From Nocardioides sp. (GTDB lineage Bacteria > Actinomycetota > Actinomycetes > Propionibacteriales > Nocardioidaceae): a stretch of 64,000 nucleotides of DNA. This document shows, in pieces, positions 10,352-18,656 of this stretch. The first letter of the stretch is position 1. Every line of letters starts with the position of its first letter. The stretch covers positions 97,045-161,044 of the forward strand of contig NZ_JBGAGJ010000003.1 of the NCBI RefSeq assembly GCF_044226765.1. The letters run 5' to 3'. The notes under the pieces are model-generated. The model had not been told where the DNA came from. It saw only the letters and a program-made list of their open reading frames with translations, and made no database searches. The position numbers and the translations under genes were made by a program.

Positions 10352-12037
10352 GTGAAGCTGGTCGTGACACTCGTCCTGGGGGTGCTGCTCTCGATGCTGC
10401 CTCGACCGGTGGAGGCCGATGCCGCTGCCGCAGCGCCCGACCCCACCTTCACCTGGCCGCAGTTCACGACGTTCAACCCCCTGGCCCACGCGTACGAGTT
10501 CAGCGTGTCCGGGGACGGTCAGTACCCCTACTACGTGACTTCCGAGAGGCAGGTGCTGAAGGTGTCGGGGCCCGGCACCTACGTCTTCGACTTCCCCTCG
10601 GGGTACACCGAGCGCGAGTGGCTGCGAGTCACTCACTGTGACGAGAGCGCCTGCCGCTTCGTCACGGGCTCACCGCGCCTCACCCTGGTCGCGTCGCTGC
10701 ACACCGGATGGGCGTTCGATACCGAGAACCCAGCACCTGTCGGTGCGAGCGGCGGGGTCCGCCAGCTCGGCTACTGGCTGTCGCCGATGCTTCCGGGCGT
10801 CCGACTGGAATGGGTCGTGACCCGCGTGGGAGCGCCGATCTCGAGGGCGCTGGCATCCGGCGAGGTCATCGATCCGGCCCCGGAGGGAACGCTGTCGGTC
10901 ACCATCCCGCCCGGCCTCGCCGACGGGCGCTATCTCTTGCGGTTGAAGGCCGACCTCGATGGCGGCGAGCTCCTCGGACACCTGGTCGGGACCAGCGACG
11001 ACGTGTCGCCTGAGGTGTGGATCCGCGTCGACGGTGTCGCGCCGAAGGTGCACCTCAGGGTGCCCGCGGACCAACGCACGATCTACCCGCTCATCCACAG
11101 GTACGACGTGCTTCCCACCCGTGTGCAGCTCGAGTACGGGGCCGACGAGGAGGTCAGCGGCACCGTCACGTTCCGGGGACCGGGTGGGATCGTCGACCAG
11201 TTCCCCGTCTCGGCGTGGGCCATGGACTCGTACTTCACCTGGTCGGCCCGGCGCGGTAGGGACGTGCTCCCAGCGGGGCGGTACGCGATCGTGCTCGATC
11301 TCGCCGATGCTGCCGGCAACCACACCGTGGTGAAGGACTCGGTGGCGGTCTCGCATGCCGTGTACCGGGTGCAGCGCTCTCGCTGGCAGCTCGGTGCCGC
11401 CCCGACCCTCGTCGGCGCCGATCCTGGTCCGTGCGGGGCGGTCACCCGCCCCTCGGCACATGGCTGGTCGGGCTCGGTCGGGCTGGTCCCTGATGCCCGG
11501 TGCCGTCGGCCGGACGCCCACGTGACCGTCGTCCACCGGGTGTACCTGCCGAGGTCCTACCGGGGCTCCTACTCCTCCTTCAAGCTGGCGGTCCACGGCG
11601 CCGCGGCACCCAGCCGGCCCGGCAGCCGCGCGGTTGCGGCCCTGGTCACGACGCGAGGCAGGACCGTGGACCCGGTCGTGGTCCCGCCCCGTCGTGGCTG
11701 GTTCACCATCACGCAGACCGGGCTCCTCGGACTGCTGCGCCGTGACGCTGCGGGCCGCTACTACGTCCTGTGCGCAGTCGCCGCGGCGGGCAACGACCGT
11801 TACGACCTCGAGGGCTTCCGGGCGAGCGTGCACTACGGCGCGCTCGGGGTCGAGGACCCTGGGCGGTCCGGAGCGGCGCGCACCGGCCGCGACCCGTCCC
11901 TTCAGGCGCCGATCAGGTTGCGCACCGCCAGCGACGCGAAGACCATCGCCGAGCCGAGCGGCGCGCCGGGGCCGGGGTACACGCTGCCGAAGACCGACGC
12001 GGCGGAGTTGCTGGAGGCGTACAGCCCCTCGACGTGA
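10352..12037 (+). CDS. Secreted hypothetical protein, beta-rich, possible FlgD-like Ig domain
   Basis: Signal-peptide-like N-terminus; segment YFTWSARR..LPAGRYAIVLDLADAAGN resembles FlgD Ig-like modules; the 3' end overlaps kstD by 136 bp. Confidence 0.55.
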   Translation: MKLVVTLVLGVLLSMLPRPVEADAAAAAPDPTFTWPQFTTFNPLAHAYEFSVSGDGQYPYYVTSERQVLKVSGPGTYVFDFPSGYTEREWLRVTHCDESACRFVTGSPRLTLVASLHTGWAFDTENPAPVGASGGVRQLGYWLSPMLPGVRLEWVVTRVGAPISRALASGEVIDPAPEGTLSVTIPPGLADGRYLLRLKADLDGGELLGHLVGTSDDVSPEVWIRVDGVAPKVHLRVPADQRTIYPLIHRYDVLPTRVQLEYGADEEVSGTVTFRGPGGIVDQFPVSAWAMDSYFTWSARRGRDVLPAGRYAIVLDLADAAGNHTVVKDSVAVSHAVYRVQRSRWQLGAAPTLVGADPGPCGAVTRPSAHGWSGSVGLVPDARCRRPDAHVTVVHRVYLPRSYRGSYSSFKLAVHGAAAPSRPGSRAVAALVTTRGRTVDPVVVPPRRGWFTITQTGLLGLLRRDAAGRYYVLCAVAAAGNDRYDLEGFRASVHYGALGVEDPGRSGAARTGRDPSLQAPIRLRTASDAKTIAEPSGAPGPGYTLPKTDAAELLEAYSPST

Positions 12038-13413
12038 GTGCCGTCCGGGCGCAGCACCCGGCCGCGCTCGTCGGTGACCAGGCCACCCTTGGTGCCGAGG
12101 TCGGACAGCACGAAGCGGGCCGCGTAGAAGGGCGCCTGAGTGCACGGGGTCAGGGCCTTGTTGGGGCCGTCGCCACCGGTGAAGAACGTGTCGTACTCGT
12201 CGGCCCCGCGGCCGAAGTCCTCGTCGACGCCGGTCTCGCAGAACCCGTTGAACCGCTCGACGGTGGCGACCAGCGCGTCGGCCGATACGCCGATCGCGTC
12301 GGCCAGCTCCGGCAGCGACTCGGCTCGCACCCAGGTGCCGGCCGCCAGGTGCTCGGCCGGGTCGCCCTCGGGCATCGCGATCGCGGGCAGCCGGCCGCCC
12401 TCGCGGGAGTCGAAGACGAACCAGGACGGAATCCGCTCCGGTGACCTCGCCATCTCCCGGCCGAACCGGTCGTAGGGCAGGCACTCGTCGGCGTACCGCC
12501 GGCCGTGCTGGTCGACCATGAGACCGGACCGGAAGCCGAGCGTGAACGACCCACCGCCGTCCGGCTGCTCGAGACCGGGGCAGAACCAGCCGACGGGGCG
12601 CCAGTCGGTGGCCGCGCCGAGGGCGATCGCGGCCTGGATCGGCTCGCCGGTGTTGGTGCCTGCCGGGGCCATGGTCCAGGCGACGTCTCCGGGGACGCCG
12701 TGCTCGCGGCGCAGGTCGGCGTTGCCCTCGAACCCGCCGGCCGCGACCAGCACCCCGCGCCGGGCGTGGATCTCGACGGCACCCTCGGCGGTCATCGCCG
12801 CAACCCCGGCGACCCGGTCGCCGTCGAGCACGAAGCCGGTCACGGGCAGGTCGGTCAGCACCGTCCCGCCCTCGCGCAGGAAGCCGTCGAGGAGTCGGGC
12901 GATCAACGCCTGGCCGCCGCTGAGGGTGTTGCGGCCGCCCTCGCCGGCGCGGTCGCGCTCGACCGGCGGCCGCACCAGCTCGCCGACCCGCTGCGGCAGG
13001 TCGGCCCGCTTGACGTTGGTCGGCTGGATCGACCGGCCGAACGGCACCCGTCCGGGAGCGTCGTAGTACTCCGGGAACGGCAGCCACTCGAAGTCGATCG
13101 CCTCGTCGGCCTCCAGCTCCGCGACGAGCACCGGCGCGTGGGCGAGGAAGGCCTCCACCTTGGCGTCGTCGGGGTCATCCAGGATCGCCGCGAGGTAGGC
13201 GCGCGCCGACTCGGTCGAGTCCGCGATCCCGGCGCGCTGCTGCACCTGGCTGCCGGGCAGCCAGCACGCGCCGCCGGAGTACGCCGACGTGCCGCCGAGC
13301 AGCGGGGTCTTCTCGACGACCACCGTGGCGAGCCCGGCCCGCTGCGCCAGGAAGGCACCGGTCATCGCTCCGCCGCCCGACCCGACCACGACGACGTCGT
13401 ACGCATCGCTCAT
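11902..13413 (-). CDS. kstD: 3-ketosteroid Delta1-dehydrogenase (FAD-dependent)
   Basis: VVGSGGGA, GGTSAYSG, WLPG.QVQ.RAG..DSTE.AR.YL, FPEYY, LPYD, DLGTKGGL, YPGPGAPLG closely follow Rhodococcus KstD1-type sequences as recalled; KstR box upstream. Confidence 0.85.
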   Translation of the reverse strand: MSDAYDVVVVGSGGGAMTGAFLAQRAGLATVVVEKTPLLGGTSAYSGGACWLPGSQVQQRAGIADSTESARAYLAAILDDPDDAKVEAFLAHAPVLVAELEADEAIDFEWLPFPEYYDAPGRVPFGRSIQPTNVKRADLPQRVGELVRPPVERDRAGEGGRNTLSGGQALIARLLDGFLREGGTVLTDLPVTGFVLDGDRVAGVAAMTAEGAVEIHARRGVLVAAGGFEGNADLRREHGVPGDVAWTMAPAGTNTGEPIQAAIALGAATDWRPVGWFCPGLEQPDGGGSFTLGFRSGLMVDQHGRRYADECLPYDRFGREMARSPERIPSWFVFDSREGGRLPAIAMPEGDPAEHLAAGTWVRAESLPELADAIGVSADALVATVERFNGFCETGVDEDFGRGADEYDTFFTGGDGPNKALTPCTQAPFYAARFVLSDLGTKGGLVTDERGRVLRPDGTHVEGLYASSNSAASVFGSVYPGPGAPLGSAMVFASLAVRNLIGA

Positions 13414-13421
13414 GCGCCGAT

Positions 13422-13439
13422 CCTAGAACACGTTCTAGG
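13422..13439. promoter_or_regulatory. KstR operator overlapping the kstD -10 element
   Basis: CCTAGAACACGTTCTAGG; core TAGAACACGTTCTA (13424-13437) fits the KstR consensus TnnAACnnGTTnnA; minus-strand -10 TAGGAT (13425-13420) lies 6 nt before the ATG. Confidence 0.85.
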
Positions 13440-13535
13440 TCTCGATACGCCCGTCGCTCGTCCCTCGCGACGGGCACTCGACCACCGAGGCGCCTTCGTT
13501 GGTCGAGTAGCGAGCGCAGCGAGCGTATCGAGACC
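13438..13535. repeat. REP-like inverted doublet (GGTCTCGATACG / GGTCGAGTAG...GTATCGAGACC family)
   Basis: Two oppositely oriented palindromic units; the same family recurs at 39926-40236. Confidence 0.75.
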
Positions 13536-13564
13536 CACCCAGCAGCAGGCAGAATGGGTCGGTC

Positions 13565-16500
13565 ATGACCCCGCCGACCCCCGAGCTCCAGATCGCCTAC
13601 CCGCCGGAGCTGCCGGTCACCCAGCGCCGGGAGGACATCGCGGCCGCGATCCGGGACCACCAGGTGGTGATCGTGGCGGGGGAGACCGGGTCGGGCAAGA
13701 CCACCCAGCTGCCCAAGATCTGCCTCGAGCTGGGCCGGGGCGCCGGTGGACCCGGGGGCGGCATCATCGGCCACACCCAGCCCCGCCGGATCGCCGCCCG
13801 CTCGGTCGCGGAGCGGATCGCCAGCGAGCTGGGCACCGAGCTCGGCGACCTCGTGGGCTACCAGGTCCGCTTCACCGACCGGACCTCGCGCAGCAGCCGG
13901 GTCAAGCTGATGACCGACGGCATCCTGCTCGCGGAGCTGCAGCGCGACCGTCAGCTGCGCCGCTACGACACGATCATCATCGACGAGGCCCACGAGCGCA
14001 GCCTCAACATCGACTTCCTGCTCGGCTACCTCAAGCGCCTGCTGCCGCGCCGCCCGGACCTCAAGCTGGTCATCACCTCCGCGACCATCGACGTCGAGCG
14101 CTTCGCCCGGCACTTCGACGCGCCGGTGGTCGAGGTCTCGGGGCGCACCTACCCCGTCGAGGTCCGCTACCGCCCGCTGATCGAGCTGCCCGAGGAGGAC
14201 GATGAGGGCGAGGCCGTCGTCCGCGACCAGACCGAGGCGATCGTCGACGCCGTCAAGGAGCTGAGCACCGAGGGCCCGGGCGACGTCCTGGTGTTCCTCC
14301 CCGGCGAGCGCGAGATCCGCGACACCGCCGAGGCGCTCGGGGATCTCGACAGGCTCGACCACCGGGGGACGCTCGAGGTCCTCCCTCTCTACTCCCGGCT
14401 CAGCGCCGCCGACCAGCACCGCGTCTTCTCCTCCCATCCCAGCACCACCCGCCGGGTCGTGCTGGCCACGAACGTCGCGGAGACCTCCCTGACCGTGCCG
14501 GGCATCCGGTACGTCGTCGACACCGGCGTCGCCCGGATCAGCCGCTACTCGGCGCGGACGAAGGTCCAGCGGCTCCCGATCGAGCCGATCAGCCAGGCGT
14601 CCGCCAACCAGCGGTCGGGCCGCTGCGGGCGTGTCGAGGCCGGCATCGCGATCCGGCTCTACTCCGAGGATGACTTCGAGGGCCGGCCGGAGTTCACCGA
14701 CCCGGAGATCCTGCGCACCAACCTGGCCAGCGTCATCCTGCAGATGACGTCGCTGGGGCTGGGCGACATCGCCCGGTTCCCCTTCGTCGAGCCGCCCGAC
14801 CGCCGCAACGTCAGCGCCGGAGTGCAGCTGCTCGAGGAGCTCGGCGCCGTCACGCCCAAGGGCTTGACCCGCACCGGGCGGCGCCTGGCCCGCTTCCCGA
14901 TCGACCCGCGCCTGGGCCGGATGGTGCTGGAGGCCGAGCGGCTGGGCTGTGTGCGCGAGGTCGTCGTCATCGCTGCGGCGCTGTCGCTGCAGGACCCGCG
15001 TGAGCGCCCCGGCGCCGACCGCCCGAAGGAGCAGGCGCAAGCAGACCAGCTGCACGCCCGCTTCAAGGCCGACGGCAGCGACTTCCTCACCTGGCTCAAT
15101 CTCTGGCGCTACCTGCGCGAGCAGCAGCGCGAGCTGTCCGGGTCGGCGTTCCGGAGGATGTGCACGCGGGAGTTCCTCAACTACCTGCGGGTCCGCGAGT
15201 GGCAGGACTTCGAGTCCCAGCTCCGCCAGGTCTGCAAGGAGATGGACATCTCGGTCGGGCGGCCCGCCGACACGCCGGACGCCGACGGGATCCACCAGGC
15301 GCTGCTGTCCGGCCTGCTGTCGCACATCGGGATGCTGGAGGTGCGCGACAAGGGCGACGCCGCGCGGCCGAGGGGCCCCCGGGAGTACCTCGGGGCGCGC
15401 GGCGCCCGGTTCGCGATCTTCCCCGGGAGCGTGCTGCACCGGAAGAACCCGGCGTTCCTCATGGCGGGCGAGCTCGTCGAGACCAGCCGCCTGTGGGCCC
15501 GGCAGAACGCCGCGATCCAGCCGGAGTGGGCCGAGCGACTCGGCGCCCACCTGGTCAAGCGCTCCTACAGCGAGCCGCACTGGAGCAAGAAGCGCGCGTC
15601 CGTCATGGCCCATGAGCGGGTGACCCTGTACGGCGTCCCGCTGGTCACCGACCGCCTGGTGCAGTACGGCCGGATCGACGCGCCGCTCGCCCGGGAGCTG
15701 TTCATCCGGCACGCGCTCGTGCAGGGCGAGTGGGCGAGCCGGCACCGCTTCCTCGAGACCAACCGGAGGCTGCTGGAGGAGGCCGAGGAGCTCGAGCACC
15801 GGGCGCGGCGCCGCGACATCGTCGTCGACGAGGAGACGCTGTTCGACTTCTACGACCAGCGGGTCCCGGCCGAGGTCGTCAGCGGCGCCCACTTCGACAG
15901 CTGGTGGAAGAAGGAGCGACAACGCCGCGGGCAGCTGCTCACCTTCGACCCGGCGATGCTGACCCACGACACCGCGGAGCAGGTCGACGAGTCGGACTAC
16001 CCCGTGCAGTGGGAGGGGGAGGGGCTGACCTTCCCCATCAGCTACCACTTCGAGCCCGGCGCCGCCGACGACGGCCTGACCATCGACGTCCCCGTCGCGA
16101 CCCTCAACCGGGTCGCGGCCGAGGACTTCTCGTGGAACGTCCCCGGCCTGCGCCACGAGCTCGTCACGAACCTGATCCGCAGCCTGCCCAAGAACCTGCG
16201 GGTCAGCTTCGTCCCGGCGCCGGACAAGGCGCGTGAGTTCCTCGCGACGGTCCCACCCGGCGACGAGCCGCTGCTCGACGCCCTCGAGCGGTGGTGCCGC
16301 TCGACGACCGGCGTGGTGGTGCCGCGGGAGGCGTGGGACTGGTCCAAGGTGCCCGAGCACCTGCGCCCGACCTACCGCGTCGTCGACGAGGCCGGGCAGG
16401 AGCAGGCGCGCGGCAAGGACCTCGAGGCGCTCAAGGAGCCGCTGCGCCCGACCTTCGCGCGGGCGATGCGGGAGGTCGCGAACGACAGCGGGCTCGCCCG

Positions 16501-17362
16501 CACCGGCGAGACGGCGTGGGTCTTCGGCACCCTCGACCCCTCACTCACCCGGCACCGGGCCGGCCACGAGGTGCAGGTCTTCCCCGCCCTGGTCGACGAG
16601 GGTGCGACCGTCGGGCTGCAGGTCTTCGGGTCCGCCGACGAGGCCGAGGCGCACCACCGGCTCGGCGTGCGGCGGCTGCTGCTGCTCGGGCTCCCCTCGC
16701 CGGTGAAGGCCGTGCTCGACGGACTCTCGAACGCCGAGAAGCTCGGTCTCGCCGGGTCGCCGTACCCCTCGGTCGCCGAGCTGCTCGAGGACTGCCGCGC
16801 CGCCGTCGTCGGGTCGGTCGTGGACGCCCGGCCGCCGGTGCGCGACCAGGCGGCGTACGACGCCCTGCGGGCGGAGGCCGGTCGCGACCTCGAGGCGCAG
16901 CTGCGGGGCGTGATGGCCGACGTCGTGCGGGTGCTGGACGGCTGGCGCGGCGCCGAGAAGGCGCTCAGCGGGCGGGCCGACCTGCTGCTGCTGCCGGCGC
17001 TGACCGACATGCGCGCCCAGCTCGAGCGCCTGGTGCACCGGGGCTTCGTCGCCGAGGCCGGGGTCGCCCGGCTGCGTCGCTACCCGACCTACCTGGCCGC
17101 GCTGGCCCAGCGCCGGGAGCGGTTGGAGGCCCAGGTCGGGCGCGACCGCCAGCTGATGGACCAGGTCGCCGACCTCCAGGACGCCTACCTGCACCGCCTC
17201 GACGCGCTGCCGGAGGGCCGGCCGCCGGGGGAGCGGCTGCGGCAGGTGCGCTGGATGCTGGAGGAGTACCGCGTGTCGCTGTGGGCCCAGCAGCTCGGCA
17301 CCGCGGGGCCGGTGAGCGACCAGCGCATCCGGCGCGCCCTTGACGCGTCCGGTAACACGTAG
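13565..17362 (+). CDS. hrpA: ATP-dependent RNA helicase HrpA
   Basis: GETGSGKTTQLPK, TQPRRIAA, DEAHERS, SAT, ATNVAETSLT, QRSGRCGR; long C-terminus ending EEYRVSLWAQQLGT; 1265 aa. Confidence 0.96.
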   Translation: MTPPTPELQIAYPPELPVTQRREDIAAAIRDHQVVIVAGETGSGKTTQLPKICLELGRGAGGPGGGIIGHTQPRRIAARSVAERIASELGTELGDLVGYQVRFTDRTSRSSRVKLMTDGILLAELQRDRQLRRYDTIIIDEAHERSLNIDFLLGYLKRLLPRRPDLKLVITSATIDVERFARHFDAPVVEVSGRTYPVEVRYRPLIELPEEDDEGEAVVRDQTEAIVDAVKELSTEGPGDVLVFLPGEREIRDTAEALGDLDRLDHRGTLEVLPLYSRLSAADQHRVFSSHPSTTRRVVLATNVAETSLTVPGIRYVVDTGVARISRYSARTKVQRLPIEPISQASANQRSGRCGRVEAGIAIRLYSEDDFEGRPEFTDPEILRTNLASVILQMTSLGLGDIARFPFVEPPDRRNVSAGVQLLEELGAVTPKGLTRTGRRLARFPIDPRLGRMVLEAERLGCVREVVVIAAALSLQDPRERPGADRPKEQAQADQLHARFKADGSDFLTWLNLWRYLREQQRELSGSAFRRMCTREFLNYLRVREWQDFESQLRQVCKEMDISVGRPADTPDADGIHQALLSGLLSHIGMLEVRDKGDAARPRGPREYLGARGARFAIFPGSVLHRKNPAFLMAGELVETSRLWARQNAAIQPEWAERLGAHLVKRSYSEPHWSKKRASVMAHERVTLYGVPLVTDRLVQYGRIDAPLARELFIRHALVQGEWASRHRFLETNRRLLEEAEELEHRARRRDIVVDEETLFDFYDQRVPAEVVSGAHFDSWWKKERQRRGQLLTFDPAMLTHDTAEQVDESDYPVQWEGEGLTFPISYHFEPGAADDGLTIDVPVATLNRVAAEDFSWNVPGLRHELVTNLIRSLPKNLRVSFVPAPDKAREFLATVPPGDEPLLDALERWCRSTTGVVVPREAWDWSKVPEHLRPTYRVVDEAGQEQARGKDLEALKEPLRPTFARAMREVANDSGLARTGETAWVFGTLDPSLTRHRAGHEVQVFPALVDEGATVGLQVFGSADEAEAHHRLGVRRLLLLGLPSPVKAVLDGLSNAEKLGLAGSPYPSVAELLEDCRAAVVGSVVDARPPVRDQAAYDALRAEAGRDLEAQLRGVMADVVRVLDGWRGAEKALSGRADLLLLPALTDMRAQLERLVHRGFVAEAGVARLRRYPTYLAALAQRRERLEAQVGRDRQLMDQVADLQDAYLHRLDALPEGRPPGERLRQVRWMLEEYRVSLWAQQLGTAGPVSDQRIRRALDASGNT

Positions 17363-17371
17363 GCTCGGCGG

Positions 17372-17968
17372 ATGACCGAGCGCCGGTACCACCGCCCCAC
17401 GACCCCGGGCAGCCCCTTCTTCGAGGCGCTGCTCGGCGGCACGGACCCGGCCGTGGTCAGCGAGGCGGCCGACCGGGCGGCGTACCTCCTCGTGCGCGGC
17501 GCCCGTGGCTCCGACGACGCCGAGGTCGCCGACCGGCTCCTGCATCTCGCCGACACCGAGGGCATCGAGACGATCGCCGAGGTCTGGGCGGGCGCCCCGG
17601 CGGACTCCCTGGCGGGGTGCCTGTGGCGGCTCTACCTGCTGCGCTCGTGGGTGTACGCCGACCCGGTCGGCGTGGCCCGCGAGTTCGAGGCCGGGCGGCG
17701 CAGTGCCCAGGTCGCTCGCGTGGTCGCGGGCGTCGCGGACCCGCCGGGACCCGAGCAGCTCCAGGCGATGGTCGACGAGGTCCTACGCGGGATCGCGGGC
17801 AGTGACTTCGCCGACGTGCTGCTGCGGGCGGCCGCGTTCGCGCGGGTCGTCGCCACCGGCCGGGCCTCGCTCAGTGAGCGCTCGACCGCGGACGTGCAGC
17901 GGATGCTGGCCCTCTCCGAGCAGCTCGAGGCGGCGGGGCACGCGGAGCTGGAACATCATCTGGCCTGA
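17372..17968 (+). CDS. Conserved actinobacterial hypothetical protein
   Basis: Typical codon bias; TAGGCT -10 (17360-17365, overlapping the hrpA stop) lies 6 nt before the ATG; motif W..APA.SL.G.LWRLYLLR.W; no recognisable catalytic motif. Confidence 0.75.
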   Translation: MTERRYHRPTTPGSPFFEALLGGTDPAVVSEAADRAAYLLVRGARGSDDAEVADRLLHLADTEGIETIAEVWAGAPADSLAGCLWRLYLLRSWVYADPVGVAREFEAGRRSAQVARVVAGVADPPGPEQLQAMVDEVLRGIAGSDFADVLLRAAAFARVVATGRASLSERSTADVQRMLALSEQLEAAGHAELEHHLA

Positions 17969-17984
17969 GGCCGTTACACTCGTC

Positions 17985-18075
17985 GGAGCACGCCGGGCCG
18001 CGGCAGCCCCGGGTCCCAACATCAGCCGCTACGAGCGGCCACGCGCCGTGAGGCGCTCCCGGTCCGGCGTGCTCC
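17985..18075 (+). ncRNA. Candidate structured small RNA, unassigned family
   Basis: -10 TACACT at 17975-17980; 16-bp closing stem 17985-18000/18060-18075 enclosing GCCGCT-acg-AGCGGC and GCGCC-GTGA-GGCGC (GNRA) hairpins. Confidence 0.6.
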
Positions 18076-18107
18076 ATCTGTCCGGGTGCGGCGGCTAGGT
18101 TCGCCGC

Positions 18108-18560
18108 ATGCGATCGCTGCGCCGTCTGTTCAGTCGGTCCCGGACAGCTGTGCCCGGGTCGTCTCCCGCGACCGGGTCGGGGGTGACCTACGCGCCCGTC
18201 GCTGACGGGCGACCGGATCCTGGCGAGGTGGTCTGGGCGTGGGTGGCCTACGAGGACGACCCGACCCAGGGCAAGGACCGTCCGGTGCTGCTGGTCGGGC
18301 GGGACGGTGACCGGCTGCTCGGCCTGATGCTCACCAGCAAGGACCACGACCGGGACGCCGCCCAGGAGGCGCGGTGGGGCCGCTACTGGATGGACGTCGG
18401 CACCGGCGCGTGGGACCGCGAGCGGCGCCCGAGCGAGGTGCGCCTGGACCGGCTCCTGGAGCTCACCGCCTCCGGCGTGCGGCGCGAGGGCGCGGCGCTG
18501 GATCGGGCCGTCTTCGACCGGGTGGTGGCCGCGGCCCGGCAGCGCGGCACCCTCGCCTAG
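18108..18560 (+). CDS. PemK/MazF-like protein
   Basis: PGEVVWAWVAYEDD..GKDRPVLLVG, GLMLTSK; leaderless (TAGGTT 18096-18101, 6 nt before the ATG). Confidence 0.8.
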   Translation: MRSLRRLFSRSRTAVPGSSPATGSGVTYAPVADGRPDPGEVVWAWVAYEDDPTQGKDRPVLLVGRDGDRLLGLMLTSKDHDRDAAQEARWGRYWMDVGTGAWDRERRPSEVRLDRLLELTASGVRREGAALDRAVFDRVVAAARQRGTLA

Positions 18561-18656
18561 CAGAACCGAGCGCTCGCGGCCGCGGTCCGGACACTCGATA
18601 GGGTGGCCGCGGCCCCGGACCCCCGGGTCCGACGTGTCCGCGACCAGGAGGATCGA

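Noticed and set aside
13175-16360. Very long antisense and alternative-frame ORFs (also 19945-23577, 40515-44108, 43952-47245 and many others)
   Set aside because: Shadow ORFs expected opposite high-GC3 genes; no motifs, and fully overlapped by well-supported genes.
17985-18075. tRNA or SRP RNA identity for the structured element
   Set aside because: No D-loop/anticodon arm geometry or GTTCGA T-loop, the closing stem is too long, and the SRP GGAA-tetraloop domain (CAGG...GGAA...AGCAG) is absent.
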